A stretch of DNA of 64,000 nt from a virus, in the IMG/VR virus record IMGVR_UViG_3300045988_176686; one strand, 5' to 3'. Each line of letters starts with the position of its first letter. Positions within the stretch are counted from its first letter, which is position 1. The translations under genes were made by a program, and so were the position numbers. Under the pieces are notes generated by a model that did not search any database, had not been told where the DNA came from, and was given only the letters and a program-made list of their open reading frames with translations. Positions 59,972-64,000 of the stretch are shown here, piece after piece.

Positions 59972-61846
59972 TTAAAAACCTGCTGCCTGTCCCGTTACAT
60001 CCTCCGGAGTTGACACGACACGCACACCAGGGCGGAAACGTGCCAAGGCTTTTGCGGCTTCGGTGATTTCGCCGCCCTCGTATAACGTGGCACTTTCCCC
60101 CGTTTCTGGGGTTGTGCTGTCGTGCTCGTTGGTCGTGCTGTCGTTCTCGTTGGCTGTGCTGTCCTCTTCCGCGGTCGGGGTATCATTCACCCCAAACCAC
60201 TCGCGCAAGGTTTGCACGGCTCCCGTGTCGGTTGCTTGCCATTGTTGGGCGGTTTTGTTCCAGCGTGCGCCGTGTGCTTTTATTGCTTTGCGGTTGCGGT
60301 ATGTGGTGCGGCTGTCGCCCACTACTGCCACGCCTTCGGCAATTTCCACGAGTTCCAAACCCTCGGCGGGTGCCTCGTCGGTTGTGTCGGTGTTCGTGTC
60401 GGCTGCCTGAGCCTTGCCTTGTTTGGGGTCGGTAGGATCGGGAGTTGTGGGGGTGTAGCTGCGTTTGTTCCACGCAATGCGGGCTAACGTCTCGGCGTTC
60501 TCATTGTAGCCGCAAGGGAAAAGGTCGCACACATCACTAAAGCCCAATGCAGTAGCCACGGCTTCTGCTTCGGTGTTGGTGTAGGTGTAATTTTGCAAAT
60601 ATCCGTATTTATTGCGGTTGTTTGCTTCAGGCACAACGGCGAAAATTTTCGCTAAAATTTCTTCGCGTGCCTCGTCGCTCATTTCTCGTGCCGTGTCAAT
60701 GGCGCCGGAGTTGCTGCCCATCGTGAGGCGTGCAAAATCCGTGAACTCTGAATAAATTACATCTGTCGAGTCGTCCCAGCCGTTGAAGGTGTCACGACGG
60801 CTACAAAATAAATCGAGATCCGTTTTTTCGTTAAATTCTTCTTCGGTCGGTCCGTCAGTCCATGATAAGTCAAAGTCAGCCCCCCAACCGTGGCGTACCT
60901 TCAGGAAGAATTTAACGCCAGGGAAAGCAGCGCGACACATGGCCAAAATATTTGCCTTTCGTGCGTTGATGAGCTGTTTATTGGTGATTTTTTTGTCAGC
61001 CTCTAACGGGCGAACATCGCGCATAAGATGCGCCCACTTGTCACAACGCGCGCGGTATTCAGCGAGGCGGCGCACCTTTGCTTCTGCCGCCAGTCGTGCG
61101 GCTTCTGCCTCGCGTGCTTTCTCTTCCTCTTTTATGCGTTCTACCTCGCCGGCGAAAAGTGCTGGCCATTCTATAGGTACATAAATATATCGGGCGTAAC
61201 TGTACCCCTCGGCATCTATTAAATAGTATTTACCAGATGGCGACACTACAAGGGTGCCAACGGTGTAGAAGGTCGCTAATTTTTCGGGGTCGCTTGTAGC
61301 GGCCATGTATTCTTCATCGGGCACATCGTCAGAGCAAAAACCGCCTTTTAATTCGTGAGACTGCACGAGCTCATCCGCCAACTCAGGGCGTGCAAAATCT
61401 TCTTCCGATACGTTTATAACTTCTTCCACATAACACAAGCGGGCGGGATGGTCTTCTGCGTGGGTGTAAAATGTAAGGGTGTGCAACTCTTCATATAACC
61501 CCTTGCCTCCGTCACATTTAAACCCGCTATTATCCGCCCAAAAGAAACCGCCCACAGCGGGCACGCCTTCCAGTCGGTCGGCTTCCTGCGCGTGCTCGTA
61601 ATACTTCGTGCGCTTGCGTGCTGCCTCCTTCTCGGCTATAATTTCGCGTGCGCGTGCCTCGGCTGCGTCGGTTGTAGCCTTGCCAAATTCTTTGTAATAG
61701 GCGGGGCGTGAGAGGGGAGACATCACACCACACCAACCACAAAGGCCCTGGTATTGTTCCGTGTCGCTGCAATACGTGTTAAATTCTTCTTTGTCTGTCA
61801 ATACTTTTACTAAGTTCTCAGCTATTTGATTTAATGTTGCTTTCAT
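59972..61846 (-). CDS. large multidomain (polyvalent-type) protein
   Basis: 624 aa from the ATG at 61846 (MKATLNQIAENL). The segment FDLSWTDGPTEEEFNEKTDLDLFC...FNGWDDSTD resembles domains seen in large polyvalent proteins of phages and plasmids. GDSRTTYRNRKAIKAHGARWNKTAQQWQA is a recurring small C-terminal module of mobile-element proteins. The tail has DSTxNE repeats. Confidence 0.6.
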   Translation of the reverse strand: MKATLNQIAENLVKVLTDKEEFNTYCSDTEQYQGLCGWCGVMSPLSRPAYYKEFGKATTDAAEARAREIIAEKEAARKRTKYYEHAQEADRLEGVPAVGGFFWADNSGFKCDGGKGLYEELHTLTFYTHAEDHPARLCYVEEVINVSEEDFARPELADELVQSHELKGGFCSDDVPDEEYMAATSDPEKLATFYTVGTLVVSPSGKYYLIDAEGYSYARYIYVPIEWPALFAGEVERIKEEEKAREAEAARLAAEAKVRRLAEYRARCDKWAHLMRDVRPLEADKKITNKQLINARKANILAMCRAAFPGVKFFLKVRHGWGADFDLSWTDGPTEEEFNEKTDLDLFCSRRDTFNGWDDSTDVIYSEFTDFARLTMGSNSGAIDTAREMSDEAREEILAKIFAVVPEANNRNKYGYLQNYTYTNTEAEAVATALGFSDVCDLFPCGYNENAETLARIAWNKRSYTPTTPDPTDPKQGKAQAADTNTDTTDEAPAEGLELVEIAEGVAVVGDSRTTYRNRKAIKAHGARWNKTAQQWQATDTGAVQTLREWFGVNDTPTAEEDSTANENDSTTNEHDSTTPETGESATLYEGGEITEAAKALARFRPGVRVVSTPEDVTGQAAGF

Positions 61847-61902
61847 AAGTTTGTATATTTTGGGGGAGTAAAAAAAATCAGTGATAAAATTGTAGGCTAT
61901 AA

Positions 61903-62169
61903 TTAGAAGATCCAGTTTTCCGCACCATTGATGCGATCTACGAGTCGAACACCAGGGCGACAAAGGTCCAGCACTTCGACGGCGGCCCAATAGGTAGGGC
62001 ATACAACACAAGCGGAAGGACTCCCGACAACGGGGCCGCATACATTTACAAAAATCATGTAGCCGGAAGAAGTAAAGCGAATTTCGTGATAATAATCGCC
62101 CATCGCTGTGCGCTGCATAAAAATCCATGTAGGGAGCGCGTTTTTTGTTTTAGGTTTGTAAGTTGCCAT
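61903..62169 (-). CDS. hypothetical protein
   Basis: 88-aa ORF (MATYKPKTKNALPTW...) that starts right after repeat copy 2. It explains the spurious N-terminal extension of the track ORF 59972..62128. Confidence 0.5.
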   Translation of the reverse strand: MATYKPKTKNALPTWIFMQRTAMGDYYHEIRFTSSGYMIFVNVCGPVVGSPSACVVCPTYWAAVEVLDLCRPGVRLVDRINGAENWIF

Positions 62170-62194
62170 AATTTTTTTTTGTTATTATTTATGA

Positions 62195-62292
62195 TGTGGG
62201 TGCAGCGGACGCGGACCACTCGAAAGCCTGAATACTTTTACACCCTATAATATGAAGGCTAAAATTTAAGACTTAACACGAACACAACAACG
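62195..62292. repeat. about 100-bp dispersed repeat, copy 2 (overlaps the 3' end of 62259..62516)
   Basis: See copy 1. Confidence 0.8.
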
Positions 62293-62516
62293 ATGCCCAA
62301 CAGAGCAAAGCAAAGATATTGCGCACCCGTAAGCGTTACGGGGTCCTCGTCGTCGCCTGGGGTGAAGTTGTGCTTTGTTACGGCCCATTGTGCGGCCTTA
62401 CGCATAGCTGACAAGGTAAAGCGTAAAACGCGAAGCAAAAGGAGCACAAAAGCGGCTAAAATAAGCATGCAAAGATCAACGCTCTTTGTTTGCTTTGTAA
62501 TGTATGCTTTTTCCAT
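62259..62516 (-). CDS. small membrane protein
   Basis: 85 aa with two hydrophobic helices. Confidence 0.55.
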   Translation of the reverse strand: MEKAYITKQTKSVDLCMLILAAFVLLLLRVLRFTLSAMRKAAQWAVTKHNFTPGDDEDPVTLTGAQYLCFALLGIVVVFVLSLKF

Positions 62517-62568
62517 TTTTTTAAAATTTAAAAAGGTCTATAAATTATTATAGAAAGCTTAAACTATC

Positions 62569-62724
62569 GTTATTTATTTCTATTTCTTTAAGTTGTTCAT
62601 TTAGCCCGTTTTCAGTCAAAACATTAAAAACGTTGTGCGCCTGTACCTCCGTTTCAACTAAAAACGGATCTCCCCCCATTGTTACAAGGGCCCCTATAAC
62701 CTCATAAGGTTCTTTTATCTTCAT
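62569..62724 (-). CDS. small hypothetical protein (51 aa)
   Basis: The ATG at 62724 gives MKIKEPYEVIGALVTMGGDPFLVETEVQAHNVFNVLTENGLNEQLKEIRNK. Confidence 0.35.
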
Positions 62725-62739
62725 AACCTTCTTTTTTGC

Positions 62740-62762
62740 GTGCCAGGCCGGAGGCCTGGCAC
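62740..62762 (+). terminator. GC-rich hairpin with a plus-strand U-tail inside a minus-strand operon
   Basis: GTGCCAGGCC-gga-GGCCTGGCAC forms a 10-bp stem, followed on the plus strand by TTGTTTTTA. Confidence 0.35.
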
Positions 62763-62768
62763 TTGTTT

Positions 62769-63134
62769 TTACTTTCTTTCGTTTCCGTTCTGGTCGTACT
62801 CTTTCATGTTATTCAAGCAAAAAAAAGCAATTTGCTCGTTAGCCTTTGCTAAGGCGATAGCCTCGGCCATAGTTGGCACTATTATACAAGCATCGTAATA
62901 GTATAACCCCGTTGCTGAGTCCAACCAACCGCCAAAGGCGGCGATCTCTTGATGTGTGCGTTGATACTCAACCACACGACGGAGGCCATCAGGGCCGAAG
63001 CTGTTTTGTGTAGCTTTAACCGCTACAACGTAGCCAGATGTTACAGGCTGTAAGGTGTGTGCGTTAACGGTGTACCCTTCTACGTTATTTGCCGCGATAG
63101 TTGCAAGTGCTGTAATAATTTGTGCAGTATTCAT
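62769..63134 (-). CDS. hypothetical protein
   Basis: 121-aa ORF. Confidence 0.6.
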   Translation of the reverse strand: MNTAQIITALATIAANNVEGYTVNAHTLQPVTSGYVVAVKATQNSFGPDGLRRVVEYQRTHQEIAAFGGWLDSATGLYYYDACIIVPTMAEAIALAKANEQIAFFCLNNMKEYDQNGNERK

Positions 63135-63195
63135 TTTTAATTTGCCGCTGTTTTACGTTGCCGCCGAATTTCTAAAGGTTATATATATATATGTG

Positions 63196-63441
63196 TTACT
63201 TGTTGCTGTTGATTAGGTTGTACTTAGTCCAGTTAATACAGTAAACAGTACAGGCGACAAAGAAGGCGAAAAGCAACGCCCAAATAAAGATACCACTCAC
63301 AGCCATAGGGCCGTTAATGCTGCACCAGTTAGGAAAACCGCCGGCCATTGCGATACTATTTGCAAACATTAGGATTATAACAATATTTAGCACCAGGGAC
63401 AAAAGCATACAGGGTACACTAAAAAATAAATCACTTTTCAT
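63196..63441 (-). CDS. small membrane protein (first gene of the leftward block)
   Basis: 81 aa with two or three hydrophobic helices. Confidence 0.55.
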   Translation of the reverse strand: MKSDLFFSVPCMLLSLVLNIVIILMFANSIAMAGGFPNWCSINGPMAVSGIFIWALLFAFFVACTVYCINWTKYNLINSNK

Positions 63442-63598
63442 TGTTTAAAAGTTTAATACGGCCGGGGCCGCGTTTATTATTATATGAATTATTGTGTGCA
63501 CATTCACATCATGTACGAGAGGGCCGCAATTTAATTAGGTGTAAGCGGCTACCAGGGCGCGCGGCCCGTTGTTGTGTCGTTCTTTTCGTTTGACAGTG

Positions 63599-63606
63599 CA
63601 AAGGTA
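63599..63606 (-). promoter_or_regulatory. Bacteroidota-type -7 box (TACCTTTG on the minus strand) heading the 63.4-53.4 kb leftward block
   Basis: Plus strand reads CAAAGGTA at the edge of the AT-rich region. A GC-rich leader of about 155 nt follows, containing paired GGGCCGC (63522-63528) and GCGGCCC (63561-63567). Confidence 0.4.
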
Positions 63607-63774
63607 TTATATACATTTATAAAAACCAAATAAAAACACGGAAAAATAAATAAATGAATTGATATTTAAGATTTATATATAAATATATATCGTTTTTGCT
63701 ATGTTTGTATATCAATTTATACATTTTATATTCTTATATATCTAAATACATATATATATATACTTAAATCCTTA

Positions 63775-63834
63775 CCCCTCACGCCCTCACGCCCTCACGC
63801 CCTTGGATCCTTCACCCCTCACGCCCTCACGCCC
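63775..63834. repeat. CCCTCACG octamer repeats (3 + 2 copies)
   Basis: CCCCTCACGCCCTCACGCCCTCACGCCC lies at 63775-63802 and CCCCTCACGCCCTCACGCCC at 63815-63834. On the minus strand the first cluster reads GGG-N5-GGG-N5-GGG-N5-GGGG. Confidence 0.9.
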
Positions 63835-64000
63835 GCCAGCATATACCCACGCACACACCCAGGGCAGGGGAGGGGAGATGACACCCAGTGCGGCGGGGCA
63901 GTATCGCGTCTGTTAGGACACTTTCGGAATTAAACCGAAAACCCGAATACATTGAAAATCAAATGGTTGCAAAATTAAACGGGTCGCGCAAATACATTGA

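Noticed and set aside
60063-60487. Stack of overlapping plus-strand and alternative minus-strand ORFs in the GC-rich 3' part of the polyvalent-type gene
   Set aside because: All of them overlap the 624-codon minus-strand ORF. Their Arg/Cys/Ser-rich translations are typical of out-of-frame reading of GC-rich repeat DNA (the DSTxNE repeats).
1-64000. Diversity-generating retroelement, retron, integrase/att sites, toxin-antitoxin pairs and known defence-system genes
   Set aside because: No ORF shows reverse-transcriptase (YxDD), tyrosine- or serine-recombinase, or recognisable defence-NTPase or nuclease signatures by eye. No template/variable repeat pair was seen. Absence is only as good as visual motif recognition and should be re-checked with HMM tools.

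Overview
This is gene-dense mobile-element DNA of roughly mid-40s % GC. It has Bacteroidota-style expression signals: TAnnTTTG -7 boxes and A-rich leaders without Shine-Dalgarno sites. The window reads as a temperate-phage-like genome segment that also carries a plasmid-type replicon, a candidate phage-plasmid. Layout: (i) a rightward operon at 12.0-18.7 kb holds three amino-DNA methyltransferases, one of them frameshifted, and ends in a large terminase. (ii) A leftward operon at 11.8-4.6 kb ends in an 1805-aa tape-measure protein, followed by a LysR-regulator moron and about 670 bp of AT-rich non-coding DNA. (iii) A long leftward block at 18.8-42.7 kb holds small phage ORFs with several paralog pairs, a circularly permuted C5-cytosine methyltransferase, and a replication module (beta-clamp, SSB-like protein, 1229-aa primase-helicase, DnaQ-like exonuclease). 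(iv) A divergent HTH regulator sits at 42.8 kb. (v) At 43.5-51.5 kb a Rep initiator with an iteron origin and a ParA + RHH protein + centromere-like repeat set are interleaved with five lipoprotein or secreted-protein genes. (vi) A leftward early-like block of small genes at 53.4-63.4 kb includes a polyvalent-type large protein. (vii) An unusual control region at the right edge combines AT-rich DNA, CCCTCACG octamer repeats and G-tracts. I saw no integrase, reverse transcriptase, rRNA, tRNA or CRISPR array. All functional calls rest on motifs recognised by eye; no database search or structure prediction was possible. Several apparent frameshifts, most of them at homopolymer runs, could be biological or could be assembly errors.
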